Below, piece after piece: positions 1-13,657 of a stretch of DNA of 64,000 nucleotides (positions are counted from its first letter, which is position 1; each line of letters starts with the position of its first letter). The notes beneath the pieces are model-generated. The model worked only from the letters and a program-made list of their open reading frames with translations. It ran no database searches and was not told where the DNA came from. Made by a program: the position numbers and the translations under genes. Location: the NCBI RefSeq assembly GCF_009914755.1, contig NC_060934.1; one strand, written 5' to 3'. This DNA comes from the human T2T-CHM13v2.0 reference genome, Homo sapiens.

Positions 1-470
1 TATGTTTATAGTAGCACAATTAACAATTGCAAAGATGTGGTACCACTGACTAAGTGCCCATTGACTGAATGGATAAATAAAATGTGGTGCATATACACCA
101 TGGAATACTACTCAGCCATTACAAGCAACGAAATGATGTCTTTCTCAACAACCTGGATTGGAGCTGGAGGCCATTATTCTAAGTGAAATAACACAGGAGT
201 GGCAAACCAAAAACCATATGTTGTCACTCATAAGTGGGAGCTAAACTGTGAGTAAGCAAAGGCATACAGAGTGGACTTAGATGCTCAGAAGGGGGAGAGT
301 AGGAGGGGGACTAAGAATTTTAAAACTACACATTAGGTACAATGTACACTACTCAGATGACAAGCGCACTAAAATCTCAAAATTCACCGCTCTATAATTC
401 ATCCATGTAACAAAAACCACTTGTACCCCAAAAGCTATTGAATTAACATTAAAAAAATTAAAATAAAATG
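1..470 (+). mobile_element. L1 3' end (L1PB4-like), runs off window start
   Basis: ORF2 C-terminal/3'UTR motifs 'atggaatactactcagccat', 'cactcataagtgggagctaa', 'atccatgtaacaaaaaccacttgtaccccaaaagctattgaa', then an A-rich tail. Confidence 0.9.
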
Positions 471-507
471 TTTCACCCTCAAACTCACAACCATTTAAAA
501 AAAAAAG

Positions 508-800
508 GGCCAGGTGCAGTGGCTCACGCCTCTAATCCCAGCACTTTGGGAGGCCGAGGCGGGCGGACCACTTGAGGTCAGGAGTTCAAGATCAGCCTGG
601 CCAACACGGTGAAACCCCGTCTGTACTAAAAATACAAGAATTAGCCAGGTGTGGTGGTGTACGCCTGTGATCCCAGCTACTCAGGAGGCTGAGGCAGGAG
701 AATCGCTTGAACCCGGGAGGCAGAAGTTTCAGTGAGCGGAGATGACACCATGCACGCCACCCTGGGCAATGGAGCAGGACTCCATCTCAGGAAAAAAAAA
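508..800 (+). mobile_element. Alu (AluS, Sx/Sz-like), full length
   Basis: GGCC...ggctcacgcc start, 'gaggtcaggagttcaaga', A-rich linker, right arm, short A tail followed by a (GA)-rich run. Confidence 0.95.
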
Positions 801-819
801 GACAGAGAGAGAGACAGAG

Positions 820-1060
820 AGAATGCAAGGTCTGGAGCTGTTGCAGCCCCTCTGTGACATGAGAGAAAAGACTGTCTGGGATGAAGCCCATAACTGAAGT
901 CAAACAATAAGAAGTAGAAACACAGGGTCTGGACATTTTTTGATGAATGTCCAGATGGATACCTAAAGCTATGCCTGGCTCTCACTCATGTGAAACAATA
1001 GATTCCTTCTATCTTCAGCTGGTGGGTGTTGGGGTTTGTTATTTACAACCAAAAGTATTA
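820..1060 (+). mobile_element. Old MaLR LTR fragment (MLT1J/K/L-like)
   Basis: 'tggagctgttgcagcc...gacatgag' and 3' motif 'aatagattcc...ggggtttgttatttacaaccaaaag' resemble old MLT1 3' ends. Confidence 0.55.
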
Positions 1061-1125
1061 AGTGGCACACAATTTGCTCTTGTTTTCTGTTAATTTTACT
1101 ATTAAAGAACACTGAAATATCCCTC

Positions 1126-1555
1126 TGTAAGACACTGGGGATTTTAGCTAAAGTTAAAAGGTTGAGACACAGCCGCACACTCTGCCCCTCTCTCTGCCTT
1201 TATCAGCTCAGAAACAGAGCTCTGAGATAGCAGTGTCAGAGGATCTAGGAGCTGACTTCACTCTCCCCATAAATTTTCTTTCCCACATTGTCTTGCCTTA
1301 TAGAAGCCTGAAAATACTCTCTTGTCTTGTCACTATAGAAGATTTATGGTTCTTTGTTAAAATACTACTTAAGCAAGGCCCCTAAGCCACTGCCTTGAGA
1401 AAGAAATACTTTTGAAGTGAGGCCTCTCCCCCATGATGGGTAGAACATGCATTAACAAAACTTTTTCTTTTGTTTATCTGACTTTTGCTTTCAGGAAAGC
1501 ATCTCAGCTAAGAACCTATAAAGGGAAAGGAAAAAAATTATGTTTTCTCCCTACA
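1126..1555 (+). mobile_element. ERV1-class (MER4-group-like) solo LTR
   Basis: Starts TGTAAG, ends 'tgttttctccctaCA'; the 'tttatctgacttttg...ctcagctaagaaccta' 3' signature is typical of MER4-group LTRs; no clear TSD. Confidence 0.6.
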
Positions 1556-1920
1556 CTATCTTCTGTGTGTCTCCATAATGTTCCACTTTTCTACCTTTGT
1601 TCAGCTTAATCCTTCTATCTGGGATGGCCTTTTGCTCATTCCTGCATATCTGAAATTCTCTTCATTTTTCCAGAGTTTAGGTCAAATGATGCCTTTTCTA
1701 TAAGGAATTTAGTAAAGTCTTCAGGGAAGATGAGGCATCAGCTCAGCAACTGACTCCCAAATGGTTTAAGAGACCAATGTTCTGTGTGTTGCACTTGTAC
1801 CTTTCTTATAACTGTGTAACTGTTTTGAATTTTTCATAGATTCAAAGAGTGTAAGCTCTTTGACAGACTTGTCATCAATAGAGAGACCTTCACAACCATA
1901 TTATTAATATAATAACACTC

Positions 1921-2383
<463 letters not shown>

Positions 2384-3199
2384 TCAAATGCGCAAAGTAT
2401 TCAGGATTTATCCGCATTCCTCACACACAGTAGGTACTCCACAGATGCTTTTTGAATGAATGAATGAACAGGGATGGGTTCTACACACAGGCATCAATCC
2501 ATTAGTTGTGTTTGGAAATCCATAAATCATTTTTCTATTTTATGTGATGTAAGAAAAGATTATTAGTGTTCTAGGGTCTTATCCCTCCATTCAAATAGGA
2601 GAGTAAAAAGGAGATTTTTTATCAACTGAAATAACTTTGCTTCCTCACTATGTAACGGGATAATTGAAGATGCACGCAAGAATAATGGATTCTTGATGAA
2701 AGAAAGGGATGCATGAAGAGAGCCTGATATCATTGCACAGTGACAAGAGCAGCAGTTATTTATCAGAAAAATAAATTGGATTTGCTTGGCTCGTGGCACT
2801 GCCCCATTGTGATGCTAAGTACACCTTTGCAGCAACTCGTCTCGTTCTCCTGGGCCTCCCTCTGCTTTGTCTTCTCTCATTTGTTGGTGCTTCTTGCATC
2901 AGATGGCCCCTCTGCCTGACCCTATGTACGAGTGCAATGAGGTATACGGGCGTAAAACCCGCCAACTCCATCACGGGTATCGCACCTCAGAAAACAGAAA
3001 ATTCCCACTCTTTGAGTAACCAGCAGGAGATCATACTCAGCCTGGGCGCTGCAGGGCTGACCTCAAATTCTAATTCCACTTAGAAAGCCTTGACTCTGAC
3101 TACTGTCTCAAAAAGGTGCTGTCAAAGTGCCTGGCAGGGAACTCTCACCCCGTATCTCATGTTGCAGAAAGAGAATTACATCAGGAGTTCAAAAGACCC

Positions 3200-3357
3200 C
3201 ATATCCGGTCCCATAACAGTGCTTGTATGACTTTGATTAATTGTTCAACATCCCCAGGTTTCAGGCTGCTGATCTGGGAAGTGGATACAGCATTAACAGC
3301 CCTAAGTTCTTCACAGAGTCATAGTGAGGGTCAAATGTATGTGAAAATGCCATGAAA
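3200..3357 (+). mobile_element. MIR fragment
   Basis: Degenerate core 'tgactttg...tttcagg...atctgggaagtgg' and 'tcacagagtcatagtgagggtcaaatgtatgtgaaaatgc'. Confidence 0.55.
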
Positions 3358-3939
3358 GAAAAGCAGCTTCCAGTACTCAAAAAATCTATCAATATGTAGA
3401 TGCTAGAGCAGTAGTTATAGAGGCATGAGACATCACAGCAAAGATAAGATAGAATTGATTAAGGAACTTTGCACCAATCTCCAGATGAAATGGAATGGTG
3501 GCCCTCCGCCGAGATGAGCCTGGCCCTCCCCCATGTCTGTGGTTGATAGTATCACCAAGAAGGTGTTTATTGGACAAAGCTGTATAACATAAAGTCTAAT
3601 TTTAGCATACATTAACTTAACCTGCATCTCCAACAGGTAACATCTGTGGCAGCTGGTGATGTTTGGGACAACAGAGAGGTCATCTATGGAAATGGTGTGT
3701 GGTGTCTTCATTTCTCTCCCCATCTAGGAAGACATGGCTCTTGGCATCTTTTCTCACCTGCTTTTACATTCTGCTCGGTTGTGGCTCTCCCTCTTTTGCG
3801 TATTTTCTCTTTCACTACTTTCCTGTCTTCAAGCCACAGACACACTTAGACACCCCCTGCACAGAAAGTCAAACCTCTGCAATGCCACCTTTGCAAGCTG
3901 AAGGAGTCTCCCCTTCCTTTCCCCATCCCTTAGGTGCGT

Positions 3940-5290
3940 GTTCCACAGTCTAAACATTCTGCCTCCTCAGTCTCTGGATAGCCTTGCACCAGAACTGCTT
4001 CCTCAAAGCCCCCACTGACCTCCTCACCTCCTCATCAGGTGGTCTTTCGCCCTCACCGTCCTTGACCCTGCTGACCAGCCACCCCTTTCCTGGTGCTTCC
4101 CCTTCCCATGAAGCACCCTGTGCTCCCCTCTCTGGGCGTTCTCCCAGCTTTCTCAACTGGACTTCTTCTCTATCTTCCCCCATGGCCTCCTAAGTAGAGA
4201 GCTGTCCCTTGGCCCAGCTCTTTCCCACTCTCTCCATGTCGACTTTCTTTGACCTTCTGAGACCTCCTAGTCCCCAGCTAGCACTCTCTGAAGAGGACTC
4301 CAGCGCGTGAACTCTCCTGGCTCACTGCCAGCTGTGTGGAGTGTCTCCCGTGTGTCCTAACCTGTGTGTGCCAGCAGACACCCCTGCTCACCATCAGCCC
4401 ACTGAGATGCTTATGCCCCTCACACCGCCTTCTACCTCGAACTCTATATTTCTATCAGGTGAGCCAACATCCTTCCAGCCACCCAACCGTGGAGTTACCT
4501 GCGGTCCTCCTTGCATTCTTTGCCAGCCCTGGAAATTATTTCATTCTTTTTGCTGCGAATCATGCTCAAGCCATTATTGCAGTTCTCCCAAACACTAACC
4601 TTCCAACTGCCTTGCCTCCCACCCCAAGTATCTCTCTTTTTTCTTCTTTTTTCTTTTCTCCCCCAAGCCTGTCTTGCAAGACTGCAAGTGCAGCTTTCAT
4701 ATGAGGTGTCAGAAATTAAAGCAATTCATCACAACCTCTGAAGTGTCTATTTTTTCTAACACAACTGCCTGGTCCATCTTCCTAAATTATAACATACAAT
4801 TCCCAAATTCAAAAGCTACTGTCAGCCCCCACAGCCACTTCTCACATTGCTCTGTGTAGAGTTCAGTCTCCTTCTCTTGGCATCTGAGCCCCTTGTAAGT
4901 CTTGTCCCAGCCATTTTTGCAGCTTTATTTCCTACTCCCCTTCACATGGACTGCATATTTCCTCATAAATGGAGTATCTGCCACTACCCAAGCAGGCCCT
5001 GGACTTCCCTACCTCTAGGCCTTTGCTCACACAGGTTCTTCCCGAAGTACCCTTCCTCACTTTCCATCTCTATTTGTCAAAATCATTTGAGGCCCAGCTC
5101 TAATCCACCTGCCAGGAAGCCTTCCCAGATTCCTGCTTTTCTGTCATGCTCATTAAAACCATGGGCATACATGCCCCATCTTTTCACTAAACTATAAATT
5201 CCTTTAGAGAGCAGGCCATACCTCACCCACTGATGAATGAGTGCCACCCAGCCCATGCTACCGATGCAATAATTATTTGCTCTGATAAAT
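3940..5290 (+). mobile_element. L2 LINE relic (3' ORF2 and 3' end)
   Basis: Long pyrimidine-rich tract with L2-like motifs ('gaactgcttcctcaaagcccccactgacctcc', 'ggcctttgctcacacagg', 'ggaagccttcccagatt', 'actataaattcctttagagagcagg'). Confidence 0.6.
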
Positions 5291-5584
5291 TCATTTGCTG
5301 AAATAAAATCTCCTGGAGTCAATTCAAAACCTCCCCTGAAATTAACCTTGATCCCTTTCTTCCAATGTTCTCAAATTTTTCTTAGACCTAAATTTCCTCT
5401 TTTGAATTATCTAGGTAGACTTGCTAGGTGTCCGGTGACCACAACATCCATCTTGAAACTTCAGGAAAGAATAATAATCCAATTCAGATGAAATAATAGA
5501 ATAATGTTACATGAAGGGATGTTTGAACTATAAAATGCCCAAAGGAGAAATGCTGCTTGAATATTTAATTAGCAGTGATGCAAG

Positions 5585-5951
5585 TGATATGGTTTGGCTG
5601 TATCCCCACCCAAATCTCATCTTAAATTGTAGTTCCCATAATCCCCACGTGTTGTGGGAGGAAATTTAATCACGTGGTAGGGGGCGGTTACCCTCATGCT
5701 GTTCTCGTGATAGTGAGTGAGTTCTCACGAGATCTGAGGTTCTCATAAGGGGCTTTTCCCCCTTTTGCTCTGCACTTCTCCTTGTTGTCACTATGTGAAG
5801 AAGGATGTGTTTGCTTCCCCTTCTGCCATGATTGTAAGTTTCCTGAGGCCTCCCCAGCCCTGCGGAACTGTGAGTCAATTAAACCGCTTTCCTTTATAAA
5901 TTACCCAGTCTCCAGTATTCTTTATTAGCAGCATGAGAATGGACTAAGACA
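5585..5951 (+). mobile_element. THE1 (C/D-like) MaLR solo LTR
   Basis: TGATATGGTTTGGCTG start, 'ggactaagaca' end; 5-bp TSD gcaag/gtaag. Confidence 0.93.
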
Positions 5952-6147
5952 GTAAGAAACTGAAGGAGCCACAAGGAGAGCCACTCCTCCTGACATTTCA
6001 GTTCCCTGAAAGCTTGGGGTCTCCTGTTTCTATGGCCAGGGAAAGAGACAATTCATTTCCAGTGTAGAAATAGAAGATTTGCTAAAGTAAAATGAACTGG
6101 GCAAGTCGGCACATTGATAGGGTAGAGAGAGCCAAACAGACTCTGAA

Positions 6148-6317
6148 CGGGACCAGCTTCAAGAGCGTGCAACTTGGGCAGGCGTGCACAGCCCAGTGCT
6201 CAGAACAGAGCACTGGCTTAATGCTTGACTGTTGCCATCTTGAAATTTCTAATTTTTGAACAAAGACCCCACATTTTCATTTTGCACTGGGCCCCACAGA
6301 TTACACAGCCAGTCCTG
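6148..6317 (+). mobile_element. MER91A-like hAT (Tip100) MITE
   Basis: 'gggaccagcttca...gttgccatcttgaaatt...cattttcattttgcactgggccccac...agccagtcctg'. Confidence 0.8.
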
Positions 6318-7712
6318 GTCTGGGCCTTTGATGTCAGTCAGAGGACTGAAGGATGAAGAAGCACTGAGGAGGTGATATCAGTGAGCTGCCACATATCTAA
6401 TGTCACTTGATTAGCACGGAGGGGAATTCTTGCCCTAAGGGAAAAAGTTACATATTTGCTAAAAAACGTGATTCAAGCTACTGCTCTTCTCTTTTGTAAG
6501 CCAGCCTGTGAAGACATTATAGGAAACTTTCTTGTCTAGAGGAGGGAGGAGTAGAATTTCCATTCAACTAAAGGTTTCCATGTGGAATCACAAGACCAAT
6601 TAAAAGTTATAATATGCAAATGTCTCTGGCATGTATGCTCATAAATGTGTTTACAAATACTCCAGGGTGGCATGTCTTGACTGCAAATTATGCAGCCTCT
6701 AGTCTTTTGGAATATTTCTCAAAATTTCCTTTCAGAAAATGGCATTATATGGCCATAAATAGCTTACATCCACAACCTGCAAGTTTCCTTCAGTGGAATG
6801 TCTTAGTAAGGGATCATGTATGTCTATCACACCTGTGAAAGCATTTTTCTGTTAATTAGAAGAGCTAAGAAACCTACATTTTCTAGGCAAATGCCTGAAC
6901 TGGAGAAACTACAGGGTTTAACTACAATATTTGTCTTGTGACTCATTTTGGCTTTGACAGTTTGACTACAATAATTATCACTTTCTTAGGCAATATTTAA
7001 TGAAGATAATAAGATAATCCTGTGCACTACTGCACTTTCTCATTGAATCTTTTTAATCCATTATAGTAATGATAGAAAAAAAAAGTGAAGTTGTTATTAA
7101 GCTAACTCAAGACTGAATTTTTATATACGTTACCAAAAAAAAAAAGGTGCTTCATAATATATAATTTTAAAGTGCAGATATACCATATTTATTTGTGTAG
7201 TGGGATTTTAAAAGTTATCTGAATGAAAACACTAACATTCTCTTTTGGGGTGATGGGAGCTTGCTCTCATTATTTAGGAAAATATCTTGATCAGCTGCTT
7301 GTGGGGTTGAAGGAAAGATCCTCTCACTCAGGTTGACTTAGAACAAGTTAACAAGACACAGGTGAGCTGCTCTGTATGGGGGAGTCAAGGAGACGAGAGA
7401 AGCCAGGAGAGAAAGGTTGAAGGAGAGCACCCCAGGGACTTTGAAGCAGAGAATGGCTATTATAAGATTAAATTTCAAGTTGCAAATCAATTCTGTCTCC
7501 CCAACTTTCCTTCAAGTCCACCACCCCTACACATGCCTCCAGTGTGAAAATCAAGGGAGGGACAGAGTTATGCACTCAGAGTGGCTGTGAGCAGACAGAC
7601 CCTTGGGGCCTGCCACAGCAAAAACTGGGATTTGCTGAAACCTCGGGGAACATGTCCAGATCCTGGGGCTGCCCTGAGTTTCATATGGCCTCTCCTTCAA
7701 TATTACCTCTAA

Positions 7713-8050
<338 letters not shown>

Positions 8051-8052
8051 AC

Positions 8053-8350
8053 TTTTTTTTTTTTTTTTTGAGACAGAGTCTGTCTCTGTTGCCCAGTCTG
8101 GAGTGCAGCGACATGATCTTGGCTCATGCAACCTCCACCTCCTGGGTTCAAGCGATTCTCCTGCCTCAGCCTCCCGAGTAGCTGGGATTACAGGCGTGCA
8201 CCACCACATCTGGCCAATTTGTGTATTTTTAGTAGAGATGGGGTTTCACTATGTTAGCTAGGCTGGTCTCAAACTCCTGACCTCAGGTGATCTTCCTGTC
8301 TTGGCCTCCCAAAGTGCTGGGATTACAGGCATGAGCCACTGCACCCAGCC
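8053..8350 (-). mobile_element. Alu (AluSx/Sz-like), tandem with the previous one
   Basis: T-run, reverse Alu with 'tgacctcaggtgatc', ends 'gcacccagcc'. Confidence 0.95.
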
Positions 8351-10018
8351 TGTTTTTAATGATTAGAGAGATCTACTATGACTGTCAACGGAGCTTCCCA
8401 CTCCTGCTCTACCTCTCCCCCAAGGGAAGACTTTATCTTGAACAAGCCCACAAAAGATGAGAGAGGAAATGGCCCCCACCTCTGCAATGGGTGCCTTCTC
8501 TTCTCACTTTCTCAGTAGGAACTTCAAGCTGGTTAGATTTTCTGTACTCCCAAGCCCTATGGAAAAACTCTGCAAGAAACTGGGGGGAGAGCAACCACCA
8601 GCATCTTCTTCACTCAGGGTTAATTAAAGTCCTTAAGGCTCAGTCTTTCCTTCTCCCTTCTTCCCCAGCTGCTCCCTGGAAATCTTAAACACACTCACCG
8701 AGTGGGCCCTCTTCCTCAGCTTCCTCTCAACCACCCCATATTTAAAATGTGTTTTTTGAGCACCAACTCTGATTAAGGTACAGACCTAAGGCAGTCTTGC
8801 TTAAAAGCAATTTTTTTTTCCTTTTTAGGAAGAAATGGCTGAAAGAAGAGGAAAATATTGGAAAACTCACCCACTAGAGTAGCTGTACTAAATAATCTTA
8901 TCACTGTAACTTGCAAACAGCCTGAGGCTAAGGCCCCTTGCTCTAAACACCCATGACTCACCACCCACTGGTACACTCTAAAATCACCTCCTCTACATTT
9001 CTGGATGGTTCCTCTCTCTAGGGTCTGGGAGATGATGACCAAGTCCATTTCACTCCAAAACTGCATAACAAGATAGCCTGAGGTGAAATGGGTGGCTGAG
9101 GGTTTTTTGTACCTAGATGAAGAGAAACTGGGAAACTCGTTTCCATGTGTGAACAGTTTTCTTCCTGAGTGGGATGTGCCTGAATTTGCATTTTGATGTA
9201 ATCTCTTCTTAGTTCTAGGGAAACGTGCCAAAGGTCCGTACGAAATCCATGGAGCAAAAAGACTTTACCAGAAAGGAGGGGTTTGAGAAAATGTGGCTTT
9301 GGAGTGCCACGTAGCACTGCATAATCATCCCAGATGCTGTTATTTTTGTGGGCAGAGCTGCCAACTCCGCAGGGTGTTGGTGCTAGGAAGGCATTTCCCT
9401 CCTAAGTGATGGTTGAAACTGCCCTTTGCCCATTCTTTTGTGTCTTACAGCGCTGCAAGTATGTTCTTAGAGCAACTGTTGGACCATGAGGATGGGATGT
9501 CGAGGTCTAGAGGAAGGATACACAAGGGTCGTTCCTCACCTCACCCCAACAGGGGAGACTCACCAAGACTCCAGGCTTACCTCTCCCAGCCAAGCCTGGA
9601 ACAAAGGCAGGATTTAAGACCAGGTAACCCAGCTTGGAGAAACGTATGCATTTCCTGTGGCTGGCAGTGGGGCAAAACAGTGGCCCTAAAGAAATCAAAC
9701 CTGGGTGGACTCCTGACTCAGGTGAGGGGGGGAAATGTCCTCCTAGTCCTGGGGTCCAGGACCAGTTTGGCTTGGAAGTGCACAGCTGTGAGACAGAAGC
9801 ATGCTGGGAGCCCAGGTCGGGTGGGGCTGAGAGGACCTGTGCGGGGGTTGTATATGACATTGGATTGCCTATGGGCAATCATAAGGGTCAATCACAGGGG
9901 TCAATCATAGGAGTTGCCTATGATCATGGATCACTCAATATTTTTCTGGAAGTCGGAAATTGGTCTTTGTTGTGCTGTAGGACCTAGAGGAGCCCATGGG
10001 AAAACCCAGCTCAGCCCT

Positions 10019-10380
10019 TGTACGAGTTTCCTATTGCTGTTGAAACAAATGACCACAAACTTAGTGACTTCAAAGAATACAAATTTACTCCTACACTTTT
10101 TTAGGTCCAAAGTCACCATAAGCTGTCTCAGAGGGCTGAAATCAAGGCCTATGTGTCTCCTAGAGGCCTTAGAGGAGAATTTGTTTCTTTGTATTTTCCA
10201 CCTGCTAGGGGGCTCCTGCATTCCTTGGCTCATGGCTGCCTGACACCGACTCTGCATCCACAGTCACATCTCTTCTGACTCTCACCTTCACGCCTTATGA
10301 ATATGTTGGGCCCACCTGGATAATCCACGGAAGTCTCCCCAAGAAAAGATTCTTAACCACATCTGCAGAGTCCCATGTAA
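10019..10380 (-). mobile_element. MLT1 (MLT1D-like) LTR
   Basis: 'tttcctattgctg...aacaaatgaccacaaacttagtgactt', 'cattccttggctcatggc', 'ttgggcccacctggataatcca'. Confidence 0.8.
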
Positions 10381-10391
10381 AATAATCGTTT

Positions 10392-10536
10392 CAGCTTAAC
10401 AGTGAATCATTGTTTAGTATAAGAGGACCCAAATATTGCATGGGGCATACTTATACTAAAAATTTGTCATTGTTTATGTGATATTTGAATTTAATCAGAC
10501 ATTGTGTATTTTTATTTGCTAAATCTGGAAACCCTT
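10392..10536. mobile_element. MER53 palindromic MITE (partial)
   Basis: Centre 'tagtataag...cccaaatattgcatggggcatacttatactaaaa' and end 'tttatttgctaaatctggaaaccct'. Confidence 0.8.
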
Positions 10537-11220
10537 GAGGAAATCACAGAAATAGTCTGGAAGCATCTGGAAAAGAAGGTACTTTGAGGGAGCTAATGTC
10601 CTACAATGAAGCCATTAGACAGTTTTGCTTGTGCAATTTACATTATACAGGATTCATCAGTTTTATAAATTACATTCATAGTTTCCTGAACACTTTATTT
10701 CCACATTAATATTTTTCTGATCTTAATTGTATTGTCTTCTGTAACATAGGCTTTTCTGCATTTTGAAATTTGCCCAGTTTTACCCAGATACTAAATACAT
10801 ATTTCAAAAATGTGATTCCAACGAACATATCCAGTTGATTTTTTTTATTTTCATAAAGCAAAATAAAGACACCACCTGTTGCCTTTTATAAACAGATGTG
10901 TAGCCCCTACAAACTTCTGAAGGAACCATTTACTGTGGAATTCCTCTTGGTCATCAGGAAGATCAAGACAATATGACTAACCAGCTAGGTTCCTTATGCA
11001 TCGGAAAATTCCCAGAGATCTTTTACAAAATGCTATGATTCTTCAAAAAGCATTATAGCCTGGGTATTGAAAAGAGTTTCAAGTAAATTGATACAGCAAG
11101 GAAGCTTCCCTATGCAGTGGGTAACCAGAAGGGTGAACAAGCCTATGGTGATGATTGACATCGTTTTTGAAGAGGTTTGAGCTCTTCCTTGAATTACACA
11201 ATAACCTGAGCTATCTAGAC

Positions 11221-11524
11221 CAACCCTGTCCAATAGAAGTAACTTTAGCCACACACGTAATTTGAATTTTCTAGTAGCCACATTTTTAAAAAAGTAAAAG
11301 GAAACAGGTGAAGCTCATTTTAATGATGTATTCTATTTTACTCAACATATCTGGAATATTATTCCTATAACAAGTAATCAATATAAATAATATTAATGAG
11401 ACATTTTTACATTTTCTTTTTCCCACTAAGTGTTAGAGATCCAGGTTGTATTTCATACTTCCAACACATTGCCAGTGCTCCAGAGCCACATGCAGCTGGC
11501 GGGCTCCATATTGGATAGGGCAGC
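11221..11524. mobile_element. MER33 (hAT-Charlie) element
   Basis: TIR-like ends 'ctgtccaataga' / 'tattggatagggcag'; internal 'taatttgaattttctagtagccacatt...aaagtaaaaggaaacaggtgaa'. Confidence 0.85.
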
Positions 11525-11604
11525 CCCAGATTACACCAAACACCCAACCAACACAGTACATTTTCTAAACACAGAAGCCCAAGCAAGCCAGGCACTGGTG
11601 CTGA

Positions 11605-11850
<246 letters not shown>

Positions 11851-13657
11851 TGAGTGCTCCCACGCACAAAGGCAATTAATTGCAATCAAGGAATTAGGAG
11901 AAAACACTATGTTAATTTATTCCTTTACACCTACAGGAAGAGAGATGCAATAAATTCAACAGCCCGAGGCTGAGGATGAGAAAAGTCATCTTTTTAAAAA
12001 AGAACAAGTTTCTAACCTGCCTCAAACATAAAATAGCTCTCAGTCCTGTGACGGTGACAAGATATGGCATTTTAAAGCTTCTGGAACAAATTGAAGTTTG
12101 GGGTCCCGGGGACCATAAGCCCTAGAGAAGAGGGGCTCAGGGGGAACCCTTGACCTTCCTGGATGATGGCATCTGGGAAGAAGAGTAACATGGGACCACT
12201 GGGGAGGAAAAAATGGCTTCTGTTCCCTAGATGGCTCATGAGTATGAGCCTGCACTGTCCTCCCAGGAATGAGACTGTCCGACACTCTCAGACACTTGGG
12301 AGACTTGAGGCCATGGCTGGGAGGGTGAGTGGATGACATATAAGGTATTCAGTGAAACTCCTTTATCACAGAAAACCAGTTGTTCCAGTCAGACCCATAC
12401 CTGGAATTTTTACCAAAGCCTCTCTGTTAATGGCATCCACCAGGGAGGACGCTGGTGTCCAGTTTAAGCAAGCACTTAGCTTTGCTTCCACGTGGCAGTA
12501 CCTGTATATAAGAATTCACTGAAGTGTCAAACAAATGCTCCCAAGTCTACAGTTCACATATTCCATCTTGAGGTTAATAAAATATGCCTTCGAAGTCGGA
12601 ACAGTTTCTTTGGAGACAATTTCTTTGGAGACAATACCTTGAGGCGTGAGGGTTTTCACCATGTACAAGATCACTTGAGCAGACTTAGAATCATAGCTAT
12701 TAGAGCATTCCTACAATGGTAACAGGAACAGAACTCCCATGGTACTTATTTGAGGGAATCTCCACGTTCCATAGAAGAGAGGCTGGTCTAACTTCTCAGA
12801 TATCCTTAGATGCCATGACTTGTGTTCCTGGTCTGAGTGCCTCTTGCCAATGTATGTGACATTTTGGACTCATTTCCATGTTTCTTACCAAAAAAGTTAA
12901 CATTAACTGAGCTGCCAGCAACATTCTGAATATTTAGGTCTTCAAAGCACCAATTTGTGTGGGCAGGGGCACAGATAATTAGCATTACAACTGCTGGCTA
13001 ACATCCTGCTCTGTAAGATCTAAAGGTGTCATCTGCCTAGTGATAACAGCTGCATTATATTTAAATAATAACATGGAAAATAGAAGCTTCTCACCCAGAA
13101 GGCTCTTCACCATGAGATGCCATCTCCAGGTCCCCTTCTGTCCCAGGAAAAGAGGCCAGTGTCAAATCACTGAGCCTAATCATTTAGAATACATAGCTTT
13201 CTTTTGGAAGATTTCTGTTGAGGGTGATTTTTGAAAGAGGAAGTACAGAAATAGGATTCATTGACTCCAAGCTTCTTCTTGTAGCAATATGGCCTCCAAA
13301 GTTCATGGAGTAATCTTCTCTTTGCAGTTGGTTTTGGGGCATAGAGAGATTTGCAGCCTTTCCTGGCTTTACACCATCCTAATCTTAGGAAGACTTCTGA
13401 CTCCGGGTGGAGCTGGTTGTACACTGACTCATGGGCCTTGATTTTGGGAATGAAAGCCACTTACATTGGTGCTTTTAGCAACTTCCCAGGGACTCAAACT
13501 GCTATAGTCTAAAGGGAAATAAATGCCTTAGCCTGCTGCCATGGCTGCTACCGTGCACCAGAAAAACCTAGTGAGTAGGACATGGAGCTGCTACTTTTCC
13601 CAGGGAACCACCCAGCTTTTTAAGGCATCTAATATAAAGTCAGAGAATGAGCTAAGT

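Noticed and set aside
928-955. 10-bp hairpin tctggacatt...aatgtccaga
   Set aside because: A stem this long is expected about once by chance in 64 kb and is too short for a pre-miRNA
9884-9907. Direct repeat gggtcaatca x2 (nuclear-receptor half-sites)
   Set aside because: 7-nt spacing is not a classic DR1-DR5 element; insufficient evidence
9413-10257. Several overlapping 108-165 aa ORFs
   Set aside because: Most have non-ATG starts, overlap on both strands and run into an MLT1 LTR; no recognisable domain
10392-10536. Long imperfect palindrome suggesting a miRNA hairpin
   Set aside because: Explained by MER53 internal symmetry, and the left arm is truncated
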